Assembly (NCBI GenBank): GCA_018697295.1 | Contig: JABHTJ010000002.1 | Span: forward strand, 162,955-226,954 | Origin: an archaeon | GTDB taxonomy: Archaea; Nanobdellota; Nanobdellia; Pacearchaeales; GW2011-AR1 | Direction: 5' to 3' | Length of the DNA: 64,000 bases | Shown: piece after piece, positions 37,376 through 47,194 of the stretch | Position numbering within the stretch: the first letter of the stretch is position 1 | Layout: every line of letters begins with the position of its first letter | Notes under the pieces: model-generated | The model's database searches: none | The model's input: the letters and a program-made list of their open reading frames with translations, nothing else | What the model was told of the DNA's origin: nothing | Position numbers and translations under genes: made by a program

Positions 37376-38821
37376 ATGTCATCAAAAATAGAAACATTCA
37401 CGGAGGAATTTCTCAAGAATCTCAATGCAACAATAACCAAAAACTCGTCAACATGGAATGTCGAAAACATCCCGCAGAGTTTTCAGGATTTTGTTGGACT
37501 CTCTGCGCCATACACATTAAACTTCGCGGAATCAACTGACGACTCGCTTTTTGTTGGGCGGGGGAGTCGGTTCTTTTCTGCGATGACGCAATATCTTGAG
37601 AATGTGGGGAAGAATACTATTCTCAAGATTGACTTTGATGATTCGTTGCATAATCCTGTGGAGGAAATACGTAAGCGGATTTCTTTGAAGAACTGCGAGA
37701 TTGAAAATCTTGCGAAGACTTTTACGAATCATTTTTTTACGCGGTTTACGTTTCGAACTCAGTTTCGTTATTTGAATGAGTCGGAAACGGTGATGGGTGA
37801 AATTTATGTTCATGATGGTGAGGTAGTCTCGGGAGATTTATCTGGATATCGAGTTGTTGAGGGGACGCTGGACTCCTCTAGTTCTTCTGATTCTTCTCAG
37901 TCTTCTCATTCATTGAATGTTTCCCCGGATACTCTTCGTCCAGATCATGAAATTGCTATTGCGCGAGTTAAGGAATTGGTGATTAGTAAAACTCATGAAA
38001 TTAGTGAAGTTCTTGAAAAAAATTTGGGCGAAGAAGAATCTCGAATTCGGATTCACTATGAGAATTTGTTGGGGGAACTTGGAGGTGACTTGCAAAGTAG
38101 GATTAGTAAAATTAAGGAGCTTGAACTTGCTCTTCGAGTTGCAGATGGCGTGGAGGCAGATGAACTTCGAGTAAAGCATGAACGGCTTCAAAAAAATCTT
38201 GTTAAGATTGGAGATGACGATTCCCGTTCGAGAATTTTAAAAGAACAGTCGTTTACATTGCAGGATGCGAAGACAAAACATTCTTTGACTATTGATAATA
38301 AACTTATGAACACGACGATTATTTATTATCCTGTTTATTCTTGCAACTTATATTTGAAGGGATACGACTCGAAAAGATTTATTACACTTTCTTATGATCC
38401 ACTTTTACAAAAACTTGGAGCAATTAATTGCGAAGTATGTAAAAATTCTGTAGTCGATATTAATCTTTGTTCTAATGGACATATTACTTGTGAGGATTGT
38501 TTAGATAAATGTGGGGAGTGTGGAAAGATTCATTGTAAGACTTGCGTTTCTAAATCTTGTAGTGGTTGTGCGAAAAAACTTTGTAAGTCTTGTTCGTTTT
38601 TATGTTTTGGTTGTAGTAATTATGTTTGTATTAATCATTTGAGAAATGATGTTGTGACTGGCGAACAGCGTTGTGCAATGTGTCTTCGTGCGTGTCTGCG
38701 CTGTCATGGATTAACGGAAGCGAAATATTTTGGTGAAGCGATTGATGGTTCAAAAGTTTGTCAGAAATGTTTGGGTGGAGAAAGAAGAGGGGAAGTTTTG
38801 AAAGATGTTTTTCGAGAGTGA
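37376..38821 (+). CDS. YqhG-like coiled-coil protein with C-terminal multi-CxxC zinc-finger array
   Basis: FTEEFL...LNF...GSRFF N-terminus, central coiled coil, more than 10 CxxC/CxxH pairs; near SNF2 gene on same strand. Confidence 0.7.
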   Translation: MSSKIETFTEEFLKNLNATITKNSSTWNVENIPQSFQDFVGLSAPYTLNFAESTDDSLFVGRGSRFFSAMTQYLENVGKNTILKIDFDDSLHNPVEEIRKRISLKNCEIENLAKTFTNHFFTRFTFRTQFRYLNESETVMGEIYVHDGEVVSGDLSGYRVVEGTLDSSSSSDSSQSSHSLNVSPDTLRPDHEIAIARVKELVISKTHEISEVLEKNLGEEESRIRIHYENLLGELGGDLQSRISKIKELELALRVADGVEADELRVKHERLQKNLVKIGDDDSRSRILKEQSFTLQDAKTKHSLTIDNKLMNTTIIYYPVYSCNLYLKGYDSKRFITLSYDPLLQKLGAINCEVCKNSVVDINLCSNGHITCEDCLDKCGECGKIHCKTCVSKSCSGCAKKLCKSCSFLCFGCSNYVCINHLRNDVVTGEQRCAMCLRACLRCHGLTEAKYFGEAIDGSKVCQKCLGGERRGEVLKDVFRE

Positions 38822-38835
38822 TGGATTGACTTATC

Positions 38836-38912
38836 GATTGTCAATAGCGCTTTTGTAGCGCTATTTTGTATTGCGCCACGACGCTCTTTTGTCGCGGCGG
38901 CGCTGGACAATC
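38836..38912 (-). repeat. Dispersed 77-nt structured element, copy 2
   Basis: Same length as 11234..11310, 77% identical; TAGCGC/GCGCTA hairpin; perfect GATTGTC/GACAATC ends. Confidence 0.8.
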
Positions 38913-38958
38913 AACAAAATTGTTAAAAGATTTTTTTGAAAATATTTAGTGGAAATAT

Positions 38959-41900
38959 TTATCTTCTTGATTTGACTTCTGCTGTATTTGGCGAAGTTGA
39001 ACTTGACGTAGTTGTTGGCTCCGAATTTTTCCCTTCACTGTTCGCGTCGCTAGTTTCTTTGATGTCATTTCCTGTTGAACTGATTTGGCCAGTGAAACTT
39101 TTTATCTTATCGTAGATTTTTTGAATTACTGTTCTTGAATCTAGTTCTGGTGTTGGAGGCGATTGGGGTAGTGGCGCAGTTGCACAAACACAGCCCTGCG
39201 TTCCCGAAATTGTTGGCATAATACATGTTCCGCCGCTACAAGGATTATCTCCTCCCCAATTTGCTTCATCTAACAGGTTTATATTTACGTCACATTCTTC
39301 TGATTGTCCGTAAGCATTTGGTGTTTGAACTATTCCATCTCCACAAAATCCTGCTGGAAGAGAGGCTGCACTACAATATCCCCATGGGTCTCCATTTCCT
39401 GCCCAAGCACAAATTTGATCATCGCAACGTAACTTTCCATCACAATTATAATCTACATTTGGATTTACTGGATTTGCACAATTATTGTTCTCTGTCCACC
39501 ATTGCGGATGGACTAATGGGTCTGTATCATCACAATCTCCTGCACAATCAGTAAATCCATCATTATCATTATCTTCACAAGTGTTTGTTTGGATTCCATT
39601 AGGAATATTGCTTACAAAATTTAGTCCACAAGGAAGTTCTTCATTGAATTTTTCTAAATGAATTCCAACATTGTCAGTTTCAAAGAATCTATCTGGATTA
39701 ATATATGCTACCTTAAAAAGTTCTGTAAAAATAGCTTTATCTTCGCTAAATGAAGAGATACCCAAATCTTGAGACACTTTTAACCCACCACACCATCCAG
39801 TATACATTTGTGGATCTTCAATATTTTGGTATGTTGTATATGCTCGTAACTCTGAACCGGCTGGGTATGACCGATAAATTAATCTATTATATAATGCCAC
39901 GCCTCCCTCTCCCTCATAGAGAATTATTGAATCATCAGCGTCGGAAGGATCGCCATTTCGAACCTTGGAATAATCTTTATATACGAAAGTTCTAAGGTGC
40001 CAATAGTAATCTGTTATGATTTCTTCGATTAAATCTATATCATTTTGGTCTGTGATTGCATTATAAAATGCATTAGATATTCCTTGTATGGCTAGTAAGT
40101 CATGATAGTGTTGTATTTTACAGTAGCCTAAGCTCTCAAAGCATCCACCACCTGATGCCAAATATTTTACTGGTAATGGATCTCCAGTCATAGGACTATT
40201 TCCATTAATTCCATATTGGCTTACAGTATCTTTATTTCTATTCCAATCAATAATTCCTAGTGTCGAAGTTATGCTGTCTTGATAATAAGGGTCTCCGGTC
40301 ATTGAGAACATTTTTGTAGCAATACCTAACAGCCGGCCATTATCTCTGGACGATTGATAAAAGCCTGGGACCCATCCTTCATTAGCAATATAGGACGAAA
40401 CTATATTCTCTACCTGATTTTCAGCTAATTCAAATGCCATATAATCTCCAGCTAACATATATCTGTATGCTTCAGTTCCAATAGATGCATGAGATGCAAT
40501 TTTCCCTGACCAACCGTGCCATAATGAACGAGAACCAAAAAGAATATTATTGTATAATACTCCGTTTGCACTTCTCCTATATTCGTTATTAGTATTGACG
40601 TCATGATCGCAGAATCCAAGATAATCTGTTGCACTTCCAGTGTGTCTGCAATCTAAAATTCCTCCAACCGTAGTTTCATATAAAGGTGAATCAAATTGTG
40701 TAAATGTGCTTGCATCCAAATGTTCTAATGGTTCATATCCTATTCCGTGGTCAGTTAGATAGGGAGTTGCATAAAGGAGAAATCTCATTCCATCTAAATA
40801 TTCTCTATTACAGTCATCCTGACAAGACATGAAATATTTTATTGCCTCATCTGGGTCCTGTCTGAGATTTGGGGCCATCCCTGGAGTTCCTGCATTTTTG
40901 TAGCCATAGAAATATCTTCCAAAACGGTGACCTAAAAAACCACTCGATAATTCGCCCTTTTTTCCAGCAAAATCGGCCTGAGCCTCGGTATCCCAATTAA
41001 ATGTAGGATCGATTGCATCAGGATTTACCATGTCTTCGAAAAAATATTTACCTGCGGTATTCCACTTGTCCAATTTTTGCCCTCCATTAATTCCATTTTC
41101 TTCATAATAATCAAATTGTTTTGGGGTATTTGTGTCCAGAGATAGCGTCATTCTTGTTAAAATTCCCTGCCCTCCTGCAATGAAATTACTCGCAGAGTTT
41201 CCCTCATTATATGGTGCGCCGCTCAAAGTTTCTTGACCGTCGGTTGGCATAATCCAATATTTTCTATGTCTTGGTCCATTATTTTCTTTGTAAGATGGGT
41301 CTAGATAACTATCGTCTAAGATGTAAATATTTGATGGATCTACAGTTTTAGTCTCTAAAGAAATATTTTCATAAAACATAAATCCGTTTTGACCAGTTAT
41401 ATAATTATAGGGATCATTACCTACTCCTGGAGTCCAACTATCCTCTGCCAAGTTACCGAAGTTAGTTACTAAAACATCAATTTTGATATGTGGCTGATTA
41501 CTTACTATAGTTATAATAAATGTCGCACTAAACATGTAAGGAAGGCATGTTCCGCTTGAGTGTGTTGTACTACATCCTTCAATTGGTCGAAGATTTTTTT
41601 GTAGTTTATACACTTGTGAAACTGGCCCAGTTTCTAAGCGTTCTATTAATGTGTCGTGGAGGTCGAATGCTACTTCGTATTTTCCTCCAAGTAAATCTCC
41701 GGCGTATACTTTAATCGAATCATCTGTTAATGCAGTTAATACTTTTGGATGCATTACAAAGTTAGGGTTTGTTCCTTCTCCGACAGTATAATCTTTTCGT
41801 TCCCCAGCACTAAGTGAATGTAATACTTTTGCAACTCCAGTCCTTACCCATAATTCATCTGTTGCAGGATCTGTTATTTTATAATAAGAGGTTGGCATAA

Positions 41901-43536
41901 TTTGAGTTACTAAAGATTCTCCTGCATTTACATGGACTATTTTTATTTGACCAAGTTGTGATTTTACGTATTCTCCCTGTTCAAAAGAAATTGGAAAGAA
42001 AGCATAATCGTTATTTGCGTCGAATGAATTATCGTTTTCTAAAAATACATCGTTTGTTCCAGGCTCGGGAGGAATGACAGTACATTCGGAATCATCTCCA
42101 TCAGTATATCCATCACAATCATTATCATCTCCATCACTACACGTATCTCCCGTATCATCGTTTTCTAGTTCTTCTCCCGGGAGAATATGCCCTTCACAGT
42201 CTCCCCAAAATCCTTCCTGGTCACAAGTTACTGTTCCAGCATTACATACTCCAAATTCTCCTGTTTGACATGCCTCAGATGTTCCTGGAGTACATTCCGA
42301 ACCTGCTTGACATTCCGGTTCGTTGGCATCTTTTCTTCCATCACAATCATTGTCTCGACCATCATTACAATTTCCTGCAGCGATACTCTCCTCAGTCCCA
42401 TCTCTTACTTGATCGCACGTTCCCCACGCACTTGTACTTTGACAGATATGAATTCCTAAATTACAAATTCCAGGCTCTCCCGTTGAACAAAACTCGTCTT
42501 CTCCAGGTGTACATACTTGGCATCCCGTATCTGCTGCGTCGGTGTCTCCATCACAATCATTATCAAAAGTATCTAGACAGGTTCCTGCTAATTCACTTTC
42601 TTCATCTGGTTCATTATCTTGTTCACAATTTCCCCATTCATTGTTGGGTCCGCAAGTTCTTGTTCCAGCATCGCAGATTCCAAGAAGGTCCATATTACAA
42701 CTTTGTGTATCTCCTTCGAAACATAATCCTATGACACAATCACCATCTTGGGAATCAATTGCACCATCACAATCATTATCGAGTCCGTCTGTACATATTT
42801 CTACTCCGGGTGAGTTCGCAACGCAAGCTCCCCACGATTCTTCTGAACAAGTTTCTGTTCCAACACTACAAACTCCTTGTAAGTTGGTTGGGCAACTTCT
42901 AGTATCTCCATTAGTGCAATCTCCGCTTGAACCACTGCCGCCTCCACCGCCTCCGCCACCGCCTCCGCCAGAGCCTCCTGAACCTCCACTTCCCCCAGAA
43001 TCATCACTATTGTCGTTTTCATTTTCAAAATCGAATTCGTTAATAATTATTTTAAAACTTGTAGAATAATAGTTGTATACATCTTCTTCAATTGAAATTA
43101 CTGCGACGAGATAAGAAAGTTTTCCATTGTACTTTCCTATTAAATTTTCATTTAAGTTTAGTTTAATTTTATTTGGGTTTATGAATGTGAAATCTAGTTT
43201 TTCGAAATCTTCTAAACTTTCTATGAACTCAATTTCTGGCCCAATATATAATCTCATTGTCGGTTCGTTTCCATTATCTGAAGATTGTGGATAAAAATTT
43301 GCTCCGAGAATTTCATAGGTGCTTTCGTCAACGGCAGTGATTGATTCTGCGAGGATTGGGATTGAATAATCTTCTGAAGAATCTAATAAAAATTCTTTTT
43401 GCAATGGCCCTTCAAAATAAAATGTGAATAGGAGTATTGTTGGGATTCCGATGGCGATTAGTGCAATGAGAACCTTAGAAGTTGTTTTTAATCTCGGCTT
43501 ATTGTTCCTTCCCATTGCCCTCTCCCACTCTTTCAT
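38959..43536 (-). CDS. Giant membrane-anchored surface protein with Cys/Asp-rich (MopE-like) repeats and a central putative enzyme domain
   Basis: N-terminal TM, poly-Gly/Ser linker, four repeats of C.DG.DNDCDG..D, C-terminal DCDDTD..VHP and CGDGIVQ...EECD. Confidence 0.85.
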   Translation of the reverse strand: MKEWERAMGRNNKPRLKTTSKVLIALIAIGIPTILLFTFYFEGPLQKEFLLDSSEDYSIPILAESITAVDESTYEILGANFYPQSSDNGNEPTMRLYIGPEIEFIESLEDFEKLDFTFINPNKIKLNLNENLIGKYNGKLSYLVAVISIEEDVYNYYSTSFKIIINEFDFENENDNSDDSGGSGGSGGSGGGGGGGGGGGSGSSGDCTNGDTRSCPTNLQGVCSVGTETCSEESWGACVANSPGVEICTDGLDNDCDGAIDSQDGDCVIGLCFEGDTQSCNMDLLGICDAGTRTCGPNNEWGNCEQDNEPDEESELAGTCLDTFDNDCDGDTDAADTGCQVCTPGEDEFCSTGEPGICNLGIHICQSTSAWGTCDQVRDGTEESIAAGNCNDGRDNDCDGRKDANEPECQAGSECTPGTSEACQTGEFGVCNAGTVTCDQEGFWGDCEGHILPGEELENDDTGDTCSDGDDNDCDGYTDGDDSECTVIPPEPGTNDVFLENDNSFDANNDYAFFPISFEQGEYVKSQLGQIKIVHVNAGESLVTQIMPTSYYKITDPATDELWVRTGVAKVLHSLSAGERKDYTVGEGTNPNFVMHPKVLTALTDDSIKVYAGDLLGGKYEVAFDLHDTLIERLETGPVSQVYKLQKNLRPIEGCSTTHSSGTCLPYMFSATFIITIVSNQPHIKIDVLVTNFGNLAEDSWTPGVGNDPYNYITGQNGFMFYENISLETKTVDPSNIYILDDSYLDPSYKENNGPRHRKYWIMPTDGQETLSGAPYNEGNSASNFIAGGQGILTRMTLSLDTNTPKQFDYYEENGINGGQKLDKWNTAGKYFFEDMVNPDAIDPTFNWDTEAQADFAGKKGELSSGFLGHRFGRYFYGYKNAGTPGMAPNLRQDPDEAIKYFMSCQDDCNREYLDGMRFLLYATPYLTDHGIGYEPLEHLDASTFTQFDSPLYETTVGGILDCRHTGSATDYLGFCDHDVNTNNEYRRSANGVLYNNILFGSRSLWHGWSGKIASHASIGTEAYRYMLAGDYMAFELAENQVENIVSSYIANEGWVPGFYQSSRDNGRLLGIATKMFSMTGDPYYQDSITSTLGIIDWNRNKDTVSQYGINGNSPMTGDPLPVKYLASGGGCFESLGYCKIQHYHDLLAIQGISNAFYNAITDQNDIDLIEEIITDYYWHLRTFVYKDYSKVRNGDPSDADDSIILYEGEGGVALYNRLIYRSYPAGSELRAYTTYQNIEDPQMYTGWCGGLKVSQDLGISSFSEDKAIFTELFKVAYINPDRFFETDNVGIHLEKFNEELPCGLNFVSNIPNGIQTNTCEDNDNDGFTDCAGDCDDTDPLVHPQWWTENNNCANPVNPNVDYNCDGKLRCDDQICAWAGNGDPWGYCSAASLPAGFCGDGIVQTPNAYGQSEECDVNINLLDEANWGGDNPCSGGTCIMPTISGTQGCVCATAPLPQSPPTPELDSRTVIQKIYDKIKSFTGQISSTGNDIKETSDANSEGKNSEPTTTSSSTSPNTAEVKSRR

Positions 43537-43631
43537 TTATTTAGTAGATAATTCGCCTTTATATAATTGATGAAGATTTGGCAGATAGTTACTTTTATAA
43601 ATAATTTTTCGCTTTGATTTGTATTCCACGA

Positions 43632-43704
43632 GAGCCCGTAGTTTAACGGATTAGAATGTCAGGTTTCGGCCCTGAAGATGGGAGTTCGATTCTTCCCGGG
43701 CTCG
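43632..43704 (+). tRNA. tRNA-Arg (anticodon UCG), no intron, CCA not encoded
   Basis: Acceptor GAGCCCG/CGGGCTC, anticodon arm TCAGG-TTTCGGC-CCTGA, T arm GGGAG-TTCGATT-CTTCC, A20 Arg determinant. Confidence 0.92.
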
Positions 43705-43748
43705 TGGAATTTGGATAATTTTATAAAGTTTTAATTCTTTTATTTTTT

Positions 43749-45251
43749 ATGAAAAAGCGGGCGAAGAAAGGTTTAAATCGTAAACTTAACCAGCAAGAAA
43801 TTGTTTTTATTATCGTCGTCGCTATGTTAGTTTCATTTTTGACTATTTGGTTTATTTCTGCTAACTTTGGTGATGAGTTGAACTTGTCTCCTCGGTTATT
43901 TATTGGTCCCCCTAGCTCGAGTGTTCGAGTTCCTGGAGTTACTGGAATTGGAGCTTGTCCTATTGGTGGCTGTGCTCCTATTGGTGGCAGTGGGGCTTTG
44001 AGGTGGAGTTGGACTCCTCCTAGTGCAGTATCTTTTAATACTATTTCATTTGGAGATAGCGATTTAAAAATTTTTAGTGGTAGTGTAGGTCACTTACCAT
44101 CTCCTTTCATTTTTTCTGCAGATGATACAGACCCTGTCAATCCTCTTTTTTCTTATAGTGGCTCTATACTTTCTTCTAATAAAAAAACTGCTTCAGCAAA
44201 AAATGTTGCAAGTTATGTCGAATATCGTCAGCGTGGAACCTATCCAAATAAAATTGCTTCTGTTAGAAAATATTCTCCTGATTTGTCCTCTATTGAATGG
44301 GAGCGAGATTTTACTGGATTTTCTTCTTCTTTTCCTGGAGGAATTGCCGTAAGTGATGATGGAAATCGGATTGTTGCTTTCTCTTATGGAAATCCTTTTG
44401 GTCCTTTATTGATGAAAGTTCTTGACTCACAGGGAAATGGTTATGAAGTAGATTTAAGTGCTATGGATTCTCTTATGGGCCAACTTAATGGGCAGAACGG
44501 AGAAGGATATGCGCTTTCTGGAGATGGTTCAAGAGTTTTTGTTATGTCTAGTTTAAAATGGATGATTCTTGAACTTGGAGATACTTCTGTAAATCTTCTT
44601 GGGAGTTGCTATGCCCATAATAATATTTATTATCCTCGAGGAAGTGTTGCTATTAATTATGATGGTTCAAGAGCAGTTGCTCCTTATGCTCGAGGCGAAC
44701 CAGGTCATTCATATTCTTATCTAGGAGTTTTTGAAGAACCTTTTTCTTCAGGAGTTTGTTGGATGGGATATAATCATGAAATTCAGGTTCCTGGAGATCG
44801 TATTTCTTCTTCTTATGGTGTTGCCATAAGTGATGATGGAACTCATGCAGTCTACGGGGCTACAGGTTTTGGTGTTGGAGAAGATACTAATACTAATATT
44901 ATCTCATTGAGTCTTTCAGACATATCTAGTCCGCAATTTAGTTATCAATTACTTATGAATTATTTTTCTCCAGGAGATCAAGGAGAAAAGACAAATAGGG
45001 TTGTCAAGGTTTCGATGACTCCAGATGGAGAGCGATTTGTTGCGGGACTTTGGGGAGATTTAAGTCATTTTTCTCCAGAGATTATGGTTTTTGATAAAGG
45101 GCAATCAAGTCCTGCCGATATATTTTCTACTCCTGGTTCAATCGCGGATTTAGAAATATCTGATGACGGGACTCAATTTACAGCTAGTGTTTATCATCGC
45201 CATGCTTCTCAAGGTGTGCATACAGATAGTTTAAGGGTTTACGACATTTAA
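43749..45251 (+). CDS. Exported WD40-like beta-propeller protein (paralog A)
   Basis: Basic N-terminus plus TM; repeats IAVSDDG, ALSGDG, AINYDG, AISDDG, SMTPDG, EISDDG. Confidence 0.8.
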   Translation: MKKRAKKGLNRKLNQQEIVFIIVVAMLVSFLTIWFISANFGDELNLSPRLFIGPPSSSVRVPGVTGIGACPIGGCAPIGGSGALRWSWTPPSAVSFNTISFGDSDLKIFSGSVGHLPSPFIFSADDTDPVNPLFSYSGSILSSNKKTASAKNVASYVEYRQRGTYPNKIASVRKYSPDLSSIEWERDFTGFSSSFPGGIAVSDDGNRIVAFSYGNPFGPLLMKVLDSQGNGYEVDLSAMDSLMGQLNGQNGEGYALSGDGSRVFVMSSLKWMILELGDTSVNLLGSCYAHNNIYYPRGSVAINYDGSRAVAPYARGEPGHSYSYLGVFEEPFSSGVCWMGYNHEIQVPGDRISSSYGVAISDDGTHAVYGATGFGVGEDTNTNIISLSLSDISSPQFSYQLLMNYFSPGDQGEKTNRVVKVSMTPDGERFVAGLWGDLSHFSPEIMVFDKGQSSPADIFSTPGSIADLEISDDGTQFTASVYHRHASQGVHTDSLRVYDI

Positions 45252-45292
45252 TTTTCGAATAATTTTATAAAGTTCTTTTAATAGTTTACAAT

Positions 45293-46744
45293 ATGGGAAA
45301 AAGTAAAACAACATTTAATATTAGTAAAACGGAAAATTTTAGCGAGTGGTATAGTGAGATACTTGCTCGAGCTGAGGTGACTGATATTCGTTATGGTGTG
45401 AAAGGTTTTGTTGTGATTCGTCCTTGGGGTGCTCGAATTATTGAAAAGATGTATCGGATTTATGAGTCTGCACTTAGAAGAACTGGGCACGATCCTTCGT
45501 TTTTTCCGACAGTGATTCCTGAGGAGAATTTTACGAAAGAAGCAGGACATATTGAAGGGTTTACACCAGAAGTATTCTGGCTTGAGAACAAACAAGGTGA
45601 TGAAAAATTGGCACTTCGTCCGACTAGTGAAACTGCGATGTATCAAATGTACTCTATGTGGATTCGAAGTCACCGAGATTTGCCACTTAAGATGTATCAG
45701 CGAGCAAATGTATTTCGTTACGAGACTAAAGCTACTCGACCATTAATTCGTGGACGAGAATTTTATTGGATTGAAGCTCATAACTGTTTTGCGACTAAAA
45801 AAGAAGCTGAAGCTCAAGTTAAAGAAGATATTGCAATGACTGAAGCGGTTATGCATCGAGTTTTTGGTGTTTCATTTTTGGCAATGAAACGGCCGGAATG
45901 GGATAAATTTCCCGGAGCAGAATATACTGTGGGAAGTGATTGTATTTTGCCTGATGGAAAAATTATTCAGCAGCCGTCTACACATATGCTCGGTCAACAT
46001 TTTTCAAAAGCATTCGATGTAAAATATGTTGATGAAAAAGAGAAAGAAAAATTTGTATATCAGACTTGTTATGGTCCTGCGATTTCTCGAATTATGGCGT
46101 CTGTGATTGCGACCCATGGTGATGACAATGGTTTAGTGTTACCTTATACTCTTGCTCCGGTCCAAGTTGTTATTGTTCCAATGTATAGTAAAGATTCTGA
46201 ACAAAAAATTGGAAAAGTTGCAAATAGTTTGAATGAAGATTTTTTTGAGGAACAAATCGAAAGTTTGGTTGATGATTCAGATAAACGACCTGGGGAGAAA
46301 TTTTTTCATTGGGAAATGAAGGGTGTTCCTTTTAGAATTGAAATAGGGGAACGTGAATTGGATTCTGGAGAAGTTAACGTTTTTATTCGAGATATGAAGG
46401 AGAAGGTTTTAGTTAAACTTGAAAATCTTGTTGAAGAAATTAAGAATCTTGGTGTTGAATACGATGCGCGACTGATTGCCAAGGCTGGCGATTCTTTTAA
46501 TGGTCGAATTAGTGACTGTAAAGATAAGAAAGAAATTAAGAAAACTCTTGACTCTGGAAAAATCGCACGATTTAATTTTTGTTCTGTTGGTGCTGATGGG
46601 AAAAAGTGTGCTGAATTTATTGAAAAAGATTTATCTGCTCGCGTAATGGGAATTCGTGCTGATTTGAATGAGACAGCGTCGGGAAAATGCTTGTTTTGTG
46701 GCGAGAAAGCAAAAGAAGTTGTTTATGCGGGGAAGAGCTATTAG
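45293..46744 (+). CDS. proS: Proline--tRNA ligase, archaeal/eukaryotic type
   Basis: FSEWY, LRPTSET, FRYETKATRPLIRGREF, C-terminal GKSY. Confidence 0.96.
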   Translation: MGKSKTTFNISKTENFSEWYSEILARAEVTDIRYGVKGFVVIRPWGARIIEKMYRIYESALRRTGHDPSFFPTVIPEENFTKEAGHIEGFTPEVFWLENKQGDEKLALRPTSETAMYQMYSMWIRSHRDLPLKMYQRANVFRYETKATRPLIRGREFYWIEAHNCFATKKEAEAQVKEDIAMTEAVMHRVFGVSFLAMKRPEWDKFPGAEYTVGSDCILPDGKIIQQPSTHMLGQHFSKAFDVKYVDEKEKEKFVYQTCYGPAISRIMASVIATHGDDNGLVLPYTLAPVQVVIVPMYSKDSEQKIGKVANSLNEDFFEEQIESLVDDSDKRPGEKFFHWEMKGVPFRIEIGERELDSGEVNVFIRDMKEKVLVKLENLVEEIKNLGVEYDARLIAKAGDSFNGRISDCKDKKEIKKTLDSGKIARFNFCSVGADGKKCAEFIEKDLSARVMGIRADLNETASGKCLFCGEKAKEVVYAGKSY

Positions 46745-46827
46745 TTTTTTAAAGGTTAATTTTTTTTGAACTTAATTCATTTTTTTGCCAAAACATTTAT
46801 ATACCAATGGTAACCAATAGTATGTTT

Positions 46828-47007
46828 ATGGTAACCGCAATAAGAACAAGAAAAGATACTGCTGTTCGAGTGAGTAAATGGCTTGACAAGGAAATTGAGA
46901 ACTATCTTACTGATAAGAAGATTAAGATCGAATTTCCATCGAAGCGAAATTTTATTGATACAGCAGTTTTGCAGTTATTAGAAGAAAAAAAAGTAATAAA
47001 AAAATAA
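46828..47007 (+). CDS. Small ribbon-helix-helix-like DNA-binding protein
   Basis: TAVRVS strand, then helix, then FPSKRNFIDTAVLQLL; ATG at 46828 fits TATA spacing. Confidence 0.65.
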   Translation: MVTAIRTRKDTAVRVSKWLDKEIENYLTDKKIKIEFPSKRNFIDTAVLQLLEEKKVIKK

Positions 47008-47017
47008 GAGGTAAATA

Positions 47018-47146
47018 ATGGATAAAATTGAAAAGGCACGACAATTATTTCAACAACTTGAAGAGAATGATGTTTCCTATGCGCATGAACTCTCAAGAAG
47101 GAATTTTTGTATTCATGAGCGATTATTAGAGATTCGAAGTAATTAG
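47018..47146 (+). CDS. 42-aa small protein (not in ORF track)
   Basis: GAGGT RBS; MDKIEKARQLFQQLEENDVSYAHELSRRNFCIHERLLEIRSN*. Confidence 0.55.
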   Translation: MDKIEKARQLFQQLEENDVSYAHELSRRNFCIHERLLEIRSN

Positions 47147-47194
47147 TTTTTAGGCAATCCTAAAACTTATAAATTGTAAACTTGTTTATGTTGT

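Noticed and set aside
42930-43000. (CCG/CCA/CCT)n tract as a regulatory or contingency repeat
   Set aside because: It encodes the poly-Gly/Ser linker of the giant protein using mixed codons
43632-43704. tRNA as tRNA-Glu(UUC) or as a prophage integration site
   Set aside because: The 7-nt loop centres on TCG with A20 (Arg); no duplicated tRNA 3' end or integrase found in the window
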